Part shown: positions 31,907 to 42,825 of the stretch, one piece after another
Position numbering within the stretch: position 1 is the stretch's first letter
Layout: each line of letters opens with the position of its first letter
Source: Candidatus Cloacimonadales bacterium
GTDB lineage: Bacteria > Cloacimonadota > Cloacimonadia > Cloacimonadales > JAIOQZ01
DNA: 64,000 nucleotides
Reading direction: 5' to 3'
Assembly (NCBI GenBank): GCA_963665815.1
Contig: OY762463.1
Span: 928,001-992,000, forward strand
Program-made: the position numbers and the translations under genes
Notes under the pieces: model-generated
Seen by the model: the letters and a program-made list of their open reading frames with translations, nothing else
What the model was told of the DNA's origin: nothing
The model's database searches: none

Positions 31907-33124
31907 TCACTTCATCAATACAATCTTGCGTGTTTCCACCTGTTGACCGGATACCAGTCTGAGAAAATAAACACCGGATGAAACATCCTTACCGGAATCA
32001 GTCTCACCATTCCAGATTGTGCTGTGAGATCCGGCAGAAACCTGAGCGTCTACCAGAGTCTTTACTTTTTGTCCTTTGAGATTATAAATCTCAAGACATA
32101 CTTCTCCGGGATTGTTCAGACTGTATTGTATGGTTGTTTCAGGATTGAATGGGTTCGGGTAGTTGGTCAGTAAAAATACAGGTGCTGGTGCATTTTCAGT
32201 TACAACGGTTACTGCCACATATGTAAAAACATCCCTGAAGGATTCAAGCCACAGTCCTCCAGAATAAATTTCAGAATCAAGCCGCACAAGTCGCATTTCG
32301 TTATCATAGCTATATCTATATCTCATTTCAGGAGTCCACAAACTGTCCTGCCAGACATAATAATTACATACTGACGGTAAATCTCCATTTAGTTGATATT
32401 CAAGCTTTGATCTGTTGTATAATATTGTGTCATCATTTATATCATAATTCTGCTTAAGTCTTTCGGTAATTGCAGTACCATTGTGAGTAATTGTATAAAG
32501 TGTGCTACTTATCCATGTTCCACTGAAGTACTTTCTACATATTCCAATTGTGTTTGCTGAATATGTCAGTTCGTATTTTGTGTAGTTTTCCCACTGCCCG
32601 GCATTTTTTATTTCATGTAGAACCTCTGTAATTCTATCCTGATCGTAAGTAAAGATTCTTCTTTCTGTATCAAACCAGCTTGGATCCTGAAAGTTCTGTT
32701 TAGTTATCCGTGTCAGATTACCATTTGAATCATGAGCTAAAATGTATCTGCATTGCAAAACACTACTCAAATCATCAATCACATAGTTATATAATTCATC
32801 AATATTACCATTACTCCACACTACACCATAAATTTTTTGAGAGCCAATTATGTTTGGATATGCTCCTGAGACCGAGTCTATTTTCCCATTTGAGTAATAC
32901 ATGTTTACATCTGTAAAGATTGAATCATTAGAATCTAAAAGTGTCCACGAGCTAACAGCCTTTTCATTCCAGTTAAAAACATCAACATAATGACCTTCAC
33001 CGACATAACCCATGATCGTTTTGTAAAAAGCCTGTCTTTCACTGTTTTGAGAAAATAAGCTTCCAACAGGCACAAGCAATAAAACTACAAGGAAAAAGTT
33101 AAATCTTTTCATAATTTCCTCCAT
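31907..33124 (-). CDS. Secreted beta-repeat protein with FlgD-Ig C-terminal domain
   Basis: Signal peptide, YD/W-rich repeats, NYPNPFNP...SSGVYF. Confidence 0.8.
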   Translation of the reverse strand: MEEIMKRFNFFLVVLLLVPVGSLFSQNSERQAFYKTIMGYVGEGHYVDVFNWNEKAVSSWTLLDSNDSIFTDVNMYYSNGKIDSVSGAYPNIIGSQKIYGVVWSNGNIDELYNYVIDDLSSVLQCRYILAHDSNGNLTRITKQNFQDPSWFDTERRIFTYDQDRITEVLHEIKNAGQWENYTKYELTYSANTIGICRKYFSGTWISSTLYTITHNGTAITERLKQNYDINDDTILYNRSKLEYQLNGDLPSVCNYYVWQDSLWTPEMRYRYSYDNEMRLVRLDSEIYSGGLWLESFRDVFTYVAVTVVTENAPAPVFLLTNYPNPFNPETTIQYSLNNPGEVCLEIYNLKGQKVKTLVDAQVSAGSHSTIWNGETDSGKDVSSGVYFLRLVSGQQVETRKIVLMK

Positions 33125-33303
33125 TTATCCAAGATCGTAGCTTATCTTATATTATTGTCAAGCAATCTTTTATTGCATTAAATTGAGATTTTATATAAAA
33201 ATGGTCGCAACTTAGTAAACTTCATAAGTCTCTTGAGGCAGAATAGGTATTCTTACAAAAGGTCGTTTGTCTCCAGAGGAGAATCCTTAAATCAGGTTAG
33301 AAC

Positions 33304-33334
33304 AAAAAAGGCTGTCAGAATACTAACAGCCTTT
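33304..33334 (-). terminator. Intrinsic terminator of the XRE gene
   Basis: AAAGGCTGT...ACAGCCTTT stem with A-run on the left. Confidence 0.65.
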
Positions 33335-33376
33335 GTTCAAATCTTGTACAAAGCAAGTCTTAACAGTAGTCACACC

Positions 33377-33706
33377 TTAACGATTACGTCTTAATTCATC
33401 AATAAGAATATCCTGCAGTTTGATAATTTTATCTTTTTCTGCAATTATTGCATCCTTGTTATCGATGATTCTTTCATAGAACTTTGTCTTTTCGTCATCA
33501 AGTTCCTCAACAGGTGATTTGTAAAAATAAGACTCTTCAACGTCAAAGAATTCGGCAAGTTTCTGAGCATTTCTTTTGCTGATTTTACTTCCGTTTTCAT
33601 AAGCTGACAGAGTAGGTCTGGATATTTGAACTTCACTGCTTAATGCATGTTGAGAAAGACCACTTTTAATCCTGAGTACGCGTAAACGATCACCTGAACC
33701 TCTCAT
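33377..33706 (-). CDS. XRE/Cro-CI family HTH regulator with C-terminal coiled coil
   Basis: LRIKSGLSQ..L...SRPTLSAYENG; GGAG RBS. Confidence 0.85.
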   Translation of the reverse strand: MRGSGDRLRVLRIKSGLSQHALSSEVQISRPTLSAYENGSKISKRNAQKLAEFFDVEESYFYKSPVEELDDEKTKFYERIIDNKDAIIAEKDKIIKLQDILIDELRRNR

Positions 33707-34311
33707 AATATCTCCATTAGTTTAATATTGGGTTAAATATGAAGGGACATGACAAATTGTCAATAAGAATTTACATTGTCAGTCATAAAAATCTTACATC
33801 TTTTGTATCTCATTACATATTATGTTATATCACAATATGTTATAATGTTTACTTTTGCTTGACACTCAATCAATTTTATTATCATAGCATTATTCAAAGC
33901 ATGCTTAAAAATGAATATACTTTCAATAAAACGTTCTTTTTTCAGACATGATTCGACATTTTTGTACACTTTGAGTTATCGACGCATTTACAATAGATAC
34001 TGCTTTCTGATCCACTTTTTCAATCTTGAAAATTTAGCCCGAGTATAATAACGGGATAATTATAGTTTGTCTCAAATACCTCGATGATATTGCTGAATAT
34101 GGATGTTTTTTTGTAACTATAAAAGCAGGGCTCCGTTAAAAAGACGACTGGGGATTTTTGACTTATAATTTTTAAATATGCAAAGATTTCAGCAGCATAC
34201 AATCTCGTTTTACTATCTTTAGAAAACCTGAATATTGTGAAACAGTTAAAAAATGCTTTACTTTAATGAATTATTGAAAATTCATGACTTGAATAATTCC
34301 ACGGGGGATCC

Positions 34312-36540
34312 ATGAAGAAGTTTATTGTCTTAATTGTAATATTATTAAGCCTGAGCGGGGCAATTTATGCAGCCGGCTCAAATGTTATTTCTGAAATTAA
34401 AATTCAGGGAACAACAGTAATTGATGAAGATCTTATCAGATCGGTAATCACATTTAAAATTGGTGAATTTATTGATCAGAATGAAGTATCTAAATCAATT
34501 CGTAACCTTTATCAGCTTGGTGTTTTCGATAACATTAATATCAGTGCAGACGAAACTGATCTTGGTATTGGTATTGTAATAACGGTTAAAGAGTATCCTG
34601 TAATAAAGAAGACCAAAATCAAGGGTAACAAAAAATACTCAAAGGATAAAATTGAGAATGAAGCAGGTTTTGTGGAAGGAGCTTACTGGTCTCCATTCCT
34701 GAAAGCAGAGATTACCAAAGAAGTTAAAAAACACTATAGAGATCTTAGTTACCATTATGCTGAAGTTGAATTTGAAATTGAAGAAAACGAAGACAACACT
34801 GTGAATATTCTTCTTCAGGTCAATGAAGGGCAGAAAGTTAAAATTAAGAAAGTAAGTATAAACGGTAATAAACTTGTAACTGCAAAAGAATTGATTAAAA
34901 AGATGAAAACCAAGAAATCCAGTCTTTTCAGAAGCGGGAAATTCAAGGAAGAAGATTTCAATGAAGATCTGGAAAAAATCATTGCATATTATAACAAAAA
35001 GGGATTCATTGATGCCAGAATCATTTCTCATAATAAAGAAATTGAAGGCAAACACATGTTTATTGAAATCAATCTTTTTGAAGGACAGCAGTTTAAGTTT
35101 GGTAAACTTGAAATAACAGGTAATGAAAGATTTATAACAGATGTATTAATGGAAAAATTCACATTCGAAAAAGGCGATATATTTGATCTTGGACAATTCG
35201 ATATGGAACTCCAGAGTTTATCGGAAATGTATTATGAAGACGGTTATATCTACTCCAGCTTCGATCATATTATTGAGAAAAACGGTGATTTTATTAATAT
35301 TATTATTGAAGTAAGAGAAAACACAAGAGCAAAAATTCACAAGATACATATTGCAGGAAACAGGAAAACAAAAGAAAAAGTTATCAGAAGACAAATTACT
35401 CTTTCCCCGGGAGAATACTATAAACAGTCAAAAGTAATTCAATCATTAAGAAATGTTTACAACCTGGGATTTTTTGAAGCAGATCTTCATCATACTCCGG
35501 AACCAATAAATTCTAACGGTGATATTGATCTGACATTCCATTTGAATGACAAACCTTCAGGTACAGCAAATGGCGGGATTGGATACAACAGCCAGGACAG
35601 TTTTGTGGGAATGCTCAGCATGTCTATGAACAACCTCCTTGGCAATGCCTGGTCATCAAGTTTTTCATGGGAATTCGGTGGATCAACTCAGGACTTTGAG
35701 CTCGATTTTACCAATCCTTACGTATACGATACAAATATACTTGCAGGATTAAGCCTGCACCATACTAAAAAAGAATGGGACTCCTTTAACTATAATGTAC
35801 TTACAAGCGGAGGATCAGTCAGAGTAGGTAAACACCTTGAATCACTGAATTTCTCAAAGCTGATATTCTCCTACTCCCTTACATCGAAAAAATACGAATT
35901 ACAGGACGATGACGATGACGCTTCATCATACCTTCTGGAATTAACTGAAAAGGGTTATCAGCATAACAGCTCAGTAAGTGTTACATTCTCTCGTGACAGC
36001 AGAGATAATTATTTCTTTGCAACCGGAGGAACTCAACTCACACTTTATAATGAGATTGCAGGCGGAGCACTTCAGGGAGACTTTGATTACTACAAAGCTA
36101 TAGGGGAATTCAGATGGTATGTTCCCACATTCTGGAAGCTTGTACTCAGATCTAAGCTCAGAATGGGATACGCAACTGCTTTCGGCAGTTCAGAAGAAGT
36201 TCCACCTGAAGAAAGATTCTATCTTGGCGGAACAGGTTCTGACGGTATCAGAGGTTATGCGGACAGATCTATTGGACCTCAGGATGGAGGTATTAGAGAG
36301 ATCTTATTCTCGACAGAATATGCATTCCCTATAGCCCCGGAAACTGTCATAGGGCTCTTATTCTTTGATTCAGGTAACAGTTATAATAATTTTGAAGAAT
36401 TTAATCTCTGGGAGCTTAAAAAAGGTGCAGGGGCAGGTGTAAGAATAAAAACACCTCTCGGACTCATAGGATTTGACTTAGCTCGCAATTTTGAAGACAA
36501 ATCATGGGAACCTCACTTTCAGTTCGGTACAACTTTCTAA
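34312..36540 (+). CDS. bamA: Outer membrane protein assembly factor BamA
   Basis: POTRA repeats, ERFYLGG, IRGY, C-terminal FQFGTTF. Confidence 0.95.
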   Translation: MKKFIVLIVILLSLSGAIYAAGSNVISEIKIQGTTVIDEDLIRSVITFKIGEFIDQNEVSKSIRNLYQLGVFDNINISADETDLGIGIVITVKEYPVIKKTKIKGNKKYSKDKIENEAGFVEGAYWSPFLKAEITKEVKKHYRDLSYHYAEVEFEIEENEDNTVNILLQVNEGQKVKIKKVSINGNKLVTAKELIKKMKTKKSSLFRSGKFKEEDFNEDLEKIIAYYNKKGFIDARIISHNKEIEGKHMFIEINLFEGQQFKFGKLEITGNERFITDVLMEKFTFEKGDIFDLGQFDMELQSLSEMYYEDGYIYSSFDHIIEKNGDFINIIIEVRENTRAKIHKIHIAGNRKTKEKVIRRQITLSPGEYYKQSKVIQSLRNVYNLGFFEADLHHTPEPINSNGDIDLTFHLNDKPSGTANGGIGYNSQDSFVGMLSMSMNNLLGNAWSSSFSWEFGGSTQDFELDFTNPYVYDTNILAGLSLHHTKKEWDSFNYNVLTSGGSVRVGKHLESLNFSKLIFSYSLTSKKYELQDDDDDASSYLLELTEKGYQHNSSVSVTFSRDSRDNYFFATGGTQLTLYNEIAGGALQGDFDYYKAIGEFRWYVPTFWKLVLRSKLRMGYATAFGSSEEVPPEERFYLGGTGSDGIRGYADRSIGPQDGGIREILFSTEYAFPIAPETVIGLLFFDSGNSYNNFEEFNLWELKKGAGAGVRIKTPLGLIGFDLARNFEDKSWEPHFQFGTTF

Positions 36541-36625
36541 AAAAAGTTGAAATAAATATTGACACAGAAACGTCGGTTTTATTTGTTGTCAGAGTGCTTC
36601 AGCAATGAGGTTTGACTAAATGCTA

Positions 36626-36704
<79 letters not shown>

Positions 36705-36711
36705 TTTTAAT

Positions 36712-36787
36712 GGGTGTTTAGCTCAGTTGGGAGAGCACCTGCCTTACAAGCAGGCTGTCAGGGGTTCAAGTCCCTTAACACCCACCA
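36712..36787 (+). tRNA. tRNA-Val(TAC)
   Basis: Cloverleaf, anticodon loop CTTACAA, GTTCAAGTC, encoded CCA. Confidence 0.95.
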
Positions 36788-36791
36788 TTTT

Positions 36792-36821
36792 AAAGGAAGT
36801 CTTTTGACTTCCTTTTTTTTT
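36792..36821 (+). terminator. tRNA operon terminator
   Basis: AAAGGAAGTC-tttt-GACTTCCTTT plus T-run. Confidence 0.85.
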
Positions 36822-36877
36822 ATTTACATTTTCGAAGCTGTATTTTACATTCTACAAAAAAAAATGAGGACTCTCAC

Positions 36878-38047
36878 ATGAACATAAATATCAAATCCTT
36901 CTACTCCGAGTTTACTCAGCCGGAACAGATACGCAGAATCACCTCTGCCCTGTCAGCTATCATGTCTGAAAACGATATTACTTTTTCCGAAGCAGATAAT
37001 CCTGATGCTCTTCTCATCCTCTCGGGAGGAACAGAGAATCTCGTCATAGAATTCCTGAACAATTTAGCTGTAAGTAATACAGTTTACTTACTCACACACC
37101 GCAGTAATAATTCACTCCCAGCTGCTCTGGAAATATCAGCCTGGCTGCAGCAGAATGATATTGATTCACATATCATTGATCTGGAATATGCAAATGCTTC
37201 AGAAGAACTGAGAGAAATCATTGTTGAGAAACAACCGCTTTCCGGAAAGAGAATCGGTGTTATAGGCAAACCTTCCGACTGGCTTATTGCCAGCTCACAT
37301 TCTGCGGACATCGTTAAAAGCCAATGGGGAGCTGATTTGGTAGAAATCTCTCTTGCTGATTTCATAAAGAATTTTCAGACAGAAATGCAATTAATCAAAT
37401 CTCATTCACTCGATAGATTTTCAGAAAACTATGTTGAACCGGATAATCTGGATAAACTCAGGGCCCAAGCTGTATATAATGTCTTAAAAGCAATGATAAA
37501 CATTGAAAAACTTGATGCAATCACTATCCGATGCTTTGATCTTGTTAAAGAGCTCAAAACAACCGCCTGTTACGCTCTTGCCAGACTCAATAGTGAAAAT
37601 ATACCTGCAGGCTGCGAAGGCGATATACCAAGCATTATCGGAATGCTGTGGGCAAAGGAACTTACAGGCAAGATTCCATGGATGGCTAATCCATCTGTAA
37701 TAAACAGCGAAACCGGATCAATTATTCTGGCACACTGCACTGCACCACTCCAATATTTAAGCAATATTGTCTACAGATCTCATTACGAATCATCCTGTGC
37801 AGTAGGAATACAGGGTAATCTTAATTTCAAAGAAGTAACTATCTTCAGACTTGGTGGTAAAAAACTGGATAAGATATTCTGTTTCGAAAGCAAAGTAATA
37901 CGTCACCAGAATAAACAGGATTTATGCAGAACACAGATAGAATTATCAATACCGGACAATGCAGTGAAGGAACTGCTGAGAAATCCACTGGGGAATCACT
38001 TACTTGTATTACCGGGAAAACACAGCACGTTATTGTTAAAAAATTGA
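36878..38047 (+). CDS. L-fucose/L-arabinose isomerase-like protein
   Basis: TIRCFDL, GCEGD, AHCT, HYES, LGNH. Confidence 0.7.
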   Translation: MNINIKSFYSEFTQPEQIRRITSALSAIMSENDITFSEADNPDALLILSGGTENLVIEFLNNLAVSNTVYLLTHRSNNSLPAALEISAWLQQNDIDSHIIDLEYANASEELREIIVEKQPLSGKRIGVIGKPSDWLIASSHSADIVKSQWGADLVEISLADFIKNFQTEMQLIKSHSLDRFSENYVEPDNLDKLRAQAVYNVLKAMINIEKLDAITIRCFDLVKELKTTACYALARLNSENIPAGCEGDIPSIIGMLWAKELTGKIPWMANPSVINSETGSIILAHCTAPLQYLSNIVYRSHYESSCAVGIQGNLNFKEVTIFRLGGKKLDKIFCFESKVIRHQNKQDLCRTQIELSIPDNAVKELLRNPLGNHLLVLPGKHSTLLLKN

Positions 38048-38059
38048 ATCACCTGAGTT

Positions 38060-38974
38060 TTAGACTACTTTAGTCTTTGATGCTTTCTTCGTCTTATGTG
38101 TTATCAGGTATCCTGCGGCAATGATAAGTATTCCACCTATTACAAGGTTTGTGTTAAGCTGCAGATTAAGGAAAAGATACTCGTTTATTGTAGTAAACAG
38201 AATAGTGAAGACAAATAGAATAGATGTCAGATTTACCGGCAGATATTTCATTGCATAGTTCCAGAACAGATATGATAAACCACTCTGGAAAACTCCCATT
38301 TCAATCAGCCAGAACCATTGTACGGCTGTATATGGCTTTTGTCCGGAAGTAAATATGAAAGGAATCATTGTAACAGATGAGATGACAAATATCTTGAACA
38401 GGAATTGAATTACTCCAACCGGATTCCCCTGCACGGCTTTAACCAGAACAGATGAGAAAAACGTATAGAATCCAAATGTTATTCCAGTAGCTGCTCCGAG
38501 TATGACTCCAACCAGATATTTATCCGAGGACAAATCGAGATTCCCTTTACCGTATACAATCAGGATCAATCCCGCAAAGGCCGTGAGGAATGAAAATATT
38601 TCTTTCTTGGCAGGAGCTATTTTATAGATAGCAAAACTCATCATAAAAACAAATATCGGTGACAGATTTTCCAGAATCATCACCAGTGTCCCCGGTAAAT
38701 ACTTTAGAGCCATATGATAAATGATTGAGTTCCCTGTAAGTCCAATCAGGGAAACGAAAATAGTCAGTTTAGCATTGCTTTTCCAATTTATTTTCATTTC
38801 TCTTTTAGCGAGAAGAAATAATCCGAAGACAATTGTCCCAATCCAGAACCTGAAACCTGTCACGAAATACATATCTACACCCTGTAAAGCAAGATACCGG
38901 CCTGCGGGTCCGTGTATACCCCATGAAAACAATGCTATAAAAGCAAATAACAATCCTTTAGTTCTATCACTCAT
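38060..38974 (-). CDS. DMT/EamA family transporter
   Basis: About ten TM segments in two repeats. Confidence 0.85.
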   Translation of the reverse strand: MSDRTKGLLFAFIALFSWGIHGPAGRYLALQGVDMYFVTGFRFWIGTIVFGLFLLAKREMKINWKSNAKLTIFVSLIGLTGNSIIYHMALKYLPGTLVMILENLSPIFVFMMSFAIYKIAPAKKEIFSFLTAFAGLILIVYGKGNLDLSSDKYLVGVILGAATGITFGFYTFFSSVLVKAVQGNPVGVIQFLFKIFVISSVTMIPFIFTSGQKPYTAVQWFWLIEMGVFQSGLSYLFWNYAMKYLPVNLTSILFVFTILFTTINEYLFLNLQLNTNLVIGGILIIAAGYLITHKTKKASKTKVV

Positions 38975-39233
38975 AATTTGCTACCTGATATCTTCGCATA
39001 ACTACGAAAATTTACCGATTTTTGATAAATCCAAAAGGTAGAAACCGAAAATCTTTGTCTATAAGTAATTAACAAACTGAGAGAGGTCTTTATATATTTT
39101 GTGTTTTCCCAATTAATAAGATTCAAGTTATACTTTGTTGACAAAGCTGTTTATAATGCTATTGAAGATAGAATACAGTTGGATAGAGTTTGAAATATTG
39201 AAGTGTAATTATGCAATAAGAGACTGAAAACCC

Positions 39234-39267
39234 AAAGCAGAGAGCTCTCCTTATCTCTGCTTTTTTT
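39234..39267. terminator. Terminator-like hairpin at the 3' end of the DUF1801 gene
   Basis: AAAGCAGAGA...TCTCTGCTTT. Confidence 0.55.
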
Positions 39268-39718
39268 ATTTCCTGCTCTCTTTATAAATGTCAACCCATT
39301 CATCAGCAGTCAGAACACGACATACTTCACCAATGAGTTCATAAGGTATATCGTTCATTCTCTTTAGACGGAGACAGCTCTTCCCCATATCCACCTTGTA
39401 TCTGGAGGTCTTGCTGTATTCTTCTTTAAACCAGTCATAGAGCTTGTCTCCCATGTACATTCCCATGTGATAAAATCCTATGAAGTTCTTCTGATTAGCA
39501 ATACTTATAAATGGTAGAGGCTGATCAGGATTATTCAGGTAACCTTCCGGATACTCACTTAAAGGTACTACATAACCAATCATACCATAGTTTATAGCCT
39601 CATTGAACCCCTCAGGAAGATTCTCAAGAATAACCTGTCTGAGTTTATTGAAGGCATCTTTCCTTTCATCTGGAATTTTTGTGATATATTCTTCGGGTGT
39701 AGCGGCTTCAATTCTCAT
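39266..39718 (-). CDS. DUF1801 (YdhG-like) protein
   Basis: YGMIGYVVP..YP.GY, DMGKSC. Confidence 0.8.
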   Translation of the reverse strand: MRIEAATPEEYITKIPDERKDAFNKLRQVILENLPEGFNEAINYGMIGYVVPLSEYPEGYLNNPDQPLPFISIANQKNFIGFYHMGMYMGDKLYDWFKEEYSKTSRYKVDMGKSCLRLKRMNDIPYELIGEVCRVLTADEWVDIYKESRK

Positions 39719-39767
39719 AATTATCTCCTTGAATATATATGATAATCAAAGTCACACTTCTTAACAA

Positions 39768-40616
39768 CTATCTTTTTTCTAAAGCACTTAGAATCTCTTT
39801 CTTTTCATCATCTGTCAAATTTGAAATCTTATTAATAAGTCGTTTCACTCTGGATTTATCACGACACGAGTATTCTTCAATAGCTTCATTGAAACCTGAA
39901 GCCAGAATTCCTGCCGGTAATGCATACATACCTATCCCTAAAGAAGCTATAATTGATCCTATTATTTTGCCAATAGTTGTCACAGGATATACATCTCCAT
40001 ACCCCACAGAGGTTAATGCTGCCACTCCCCACCACATTGCAGCCGGGATACTGCCAAATGCTTGAGGTTGTGCCTGATTCTCCACAATATATAATACAGA
40101 TGAAGCAATAATCAAAATAACAAGCATGGTTGCTGCTGTCATTACAAGTTGTTCTTTTTTGTTTTTAAGAACTATACTGAATATTGTTAAAGACTCAATA
40201 TAGCGTCCCATCTTAAGAACTCTGAACATTCTGAATAACCTGAGAATTCTCAACATACGGAGATCAACTTTTATCAGTACCGGAAGATAGAATGGCAGTA
40301 TAGCAAGAAGATCAATTATAGCAGATAGTGAAAAAAAATATTTTACTCTACCAGGCATACCTGAATACTTATTATCGTTTTCAGCAGCAGTCCACAGTCG
40401 CAGAAAATATTCAATAGTGAAAACGACAATGGAGAAAACCTCAAATTTTCTGAAATAATTTCCCATAGAGCTTTCAATGCTCTTCACGGTTCCGAGAATA
40501 ACAGTCAGTAAATTCAGGATAATCAACAGCATGATAAAAATATCTACAACTTTACTCATTGACTTTGAGTCTTGTGACGGATTCAATAATTCGTTTATAT
40601 AGGCTTTCAACACCAT
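39768..40616 (-). CDS. Voltage-gated potassium channel family ion transporter
   Basis: S4 LRMLRILRLFRMFRVLK, pore TSVGYGD. Confidence 0.9.
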   Translation of the reverse strand: MVLKAYINELLNPSQDSKSMSKVVDIFIMLLIILNLLTVILGTVKSIESSMGNYFRKFEVFSIVVFTIEYFLRLWTAAENDNKYSGMPGRVKYFFSLSAIIDLLAILPFYLPVLIKVDLRMLRILRLFRMFRVLKMGRYIESLTIFSIVLKNKKEQLVMTAATMLVILIIASSVLYIVENQAQPQAFGSIPAAMWWGVAALTSVGYGDVYPVTTIGKIIGSIIASLGIGMYALPAGILASGFNEAIEEYSCRDKSRVKRLINKISNLTDDEKKEILSALEKR

Positions 40617-40783
40617 TTTTCCTCCTTAGTACAATAATGCTTAAGAATTTAACCGGTTTTAAAAAAGTCAATTCATTACCAAATCATAACCATTCAAACT
40701 TTATTAATGCCCCTTCATTATTTTTTTTAAGACAATTAGTAAAAATAACGTACTATTGATTAAACATTGTCAGGAGTTTTAAA

Positions 40784-42708
40784 ATGAATACAACAGAAAC
40801 AGCACAGCAATCGATATTGTTCATAAATTTTTCTCAAGGATGGGGTGGTGGAGAAAACTGGCACCTTTTAAACTGTATGCAAATGATTGCCAAAGGTCTA
40901 AACGCCATATTGCTGGTAACAAGAAATTCTAAGTTGGAGCAGAAGGCCAGAGCACAAAATATTCGGGTCTACTCAATTGATAAGCCTTCACTCTGGAATC
41001 CTGCAACTCTGCTTATGGTGAATAAAATTTTAAAAGAGCTAAAACCCTCTGTAGTTATACTTAACGGAACAAAAGAATTAAAAATCTGTTCCAGGATTGC
41101 AAAGTCCACAGGAGTTCAAAAAGTTATATTCAGACGAGGTATTCAAAAATGTGTCAGTAAATCAAGTACAAAATACCTTAAGAAATATGTGACCGATGTT
41201 GTTCTGAACTCACAAGCAACATATATTGCTATGCGAAATTCTCTTAAATGCTCAGGACTATATCCCGGGGTAATCATACACAACGGAATAATAATCTAAA
41301 AGGTTATAAAATGAATGCAAAACATTTTGTTTCCAATGATGCTGTTAAAAGTACTTTGTGTAAAAAGACAGATTTAAGAGAGTTTACAATCGCAGTAATT
41401 GCCAGACTTTCCTGTGAGAAAGGCATAGATATTGCAATAAGAAGTATGGTCAATATTGTAAGCATTTTTCCGTACACGAAAATGTTAATTGTTGGAAATG
41501 GTAAGCAGGAAGAACAGCTGAAGACGTTAGCTGTCGACATGGGTTTATCAGGAAACATTGAATTTACTGGTTTTGTGGAAAATGTCGATAGATATATTGA
41601 AGCATGTAATGTTTTTCTGTTGCCTTCGAGATCTGAAGGTTTCGGATTTGTTCTTCTGGAAGCTATGAAGCATAAGAAAGCATGTATAGCTTTCGAAGAT
41701 ACGGCTGCCAGAGAAATAATTGACCATATGGGTACTGGAATACTTTTACCAAGAAATGAAAATCCTGAAGCTGCAATATCATCAGCAGTAAGAATGTTGA
41801 TAGAGAAACCTGAATTATCAAAAGCATTGGGTATTAAGGGATATGAAAAATTATGCAGAAGATTCACTGTCAGCAAATCAACAGATAAACTTGAAAGAGT
41901 CTTTAAGCCTGAGCAACAGCTGAAGCTTCCAAATCTACATATATTTATGTATCATTACGTGAAACGGGCTCCAAAATCAAATGACAATAAGAAAATAATA
42001 AAAGGTCTCTATGTGAAACCGGAGCATTTTTCTTATCAGATGCACATATTGGAGAAGTACAAAATAAACGTCATGAACACGAATGAGTTAGGGAATAAAG
42101 AAATGAAGTCTCCAAATGTGATGATTACTTTTGATGATGGTTGCTCATCAATTTATGAGTATGCATATCCGTTTTTGAAGAAACATAACTTCAGTGCAAT
42201 TGTTTTTCCTATTGTTGAGCTGATAAACAAAAAAGAAGTGTATCCTGGTGGTACTAATCAGGCAAAAACAAATATGCTAACGGAATCAGAAATTAAGGAA
42301 ATGCACTCGAATAGTATTGAGATTGGATCTCACATGATGAATCATGTCCACCTGGACAGTGTCAATCCAGAAAATCTCAATTTTGAGATGAAAGCATCAA
42401 AAATAATTCTTGAAAAAATGACAGGAAGTAAGGTTAATTTGATATGCTATCCCTTTGGTAGTTATAACTCATTTGTACTTGAAAAAGCGGAATCTCTGGG
42501 CTACAAGTACGGATTCACTACAAAATCTGAGCCAAATACTCTCGTGAAACCACTTGAGTTAAGAAGAGTACCGGTTAAAGGACAATCTAACAGAGACATG
42601 TATAAGTTCCTTTATATGGTAAACAGCAAAATTTTGAGACGTAATCCTATCAGCAGTTGCATCAATTCAGTAATTGAATTGTTTAATTTTATCTTCTCAA
42701 ACTCATAA
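40784..42708 (+). pseudogene. GT4 glycosyltransferase-polysaccharide deacetylase fusion split by a 1-nt frameshift near 41290
   Basis: ORF1 is the GT4 N-domain (WGGGE...IIHNGI*); ORF2 is the GT4 C-domain (EGFGFVLLEAM) plus NodB domain (MYH, TFDDG, GSH...H, YPFG). Confidence 0.65.
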
Positions 42709-42825
42709 ACTATATTAAGCAAAAGGATAGCATGTTCAATCCCGAAAGTATGTATCAATCAATATTCCTTGACATATTTTGGCAGAGTGCAATAAATTCA
42801 GCAAAACATGAAGAAGTAGGAATAA

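Noticed and set aside
33739-34202. Short ORFs in the XRE-bamA intergenic region
   Set aside because: AT-rich, no motifs, likely spurious; a Cro-like partner was looked for and not found.
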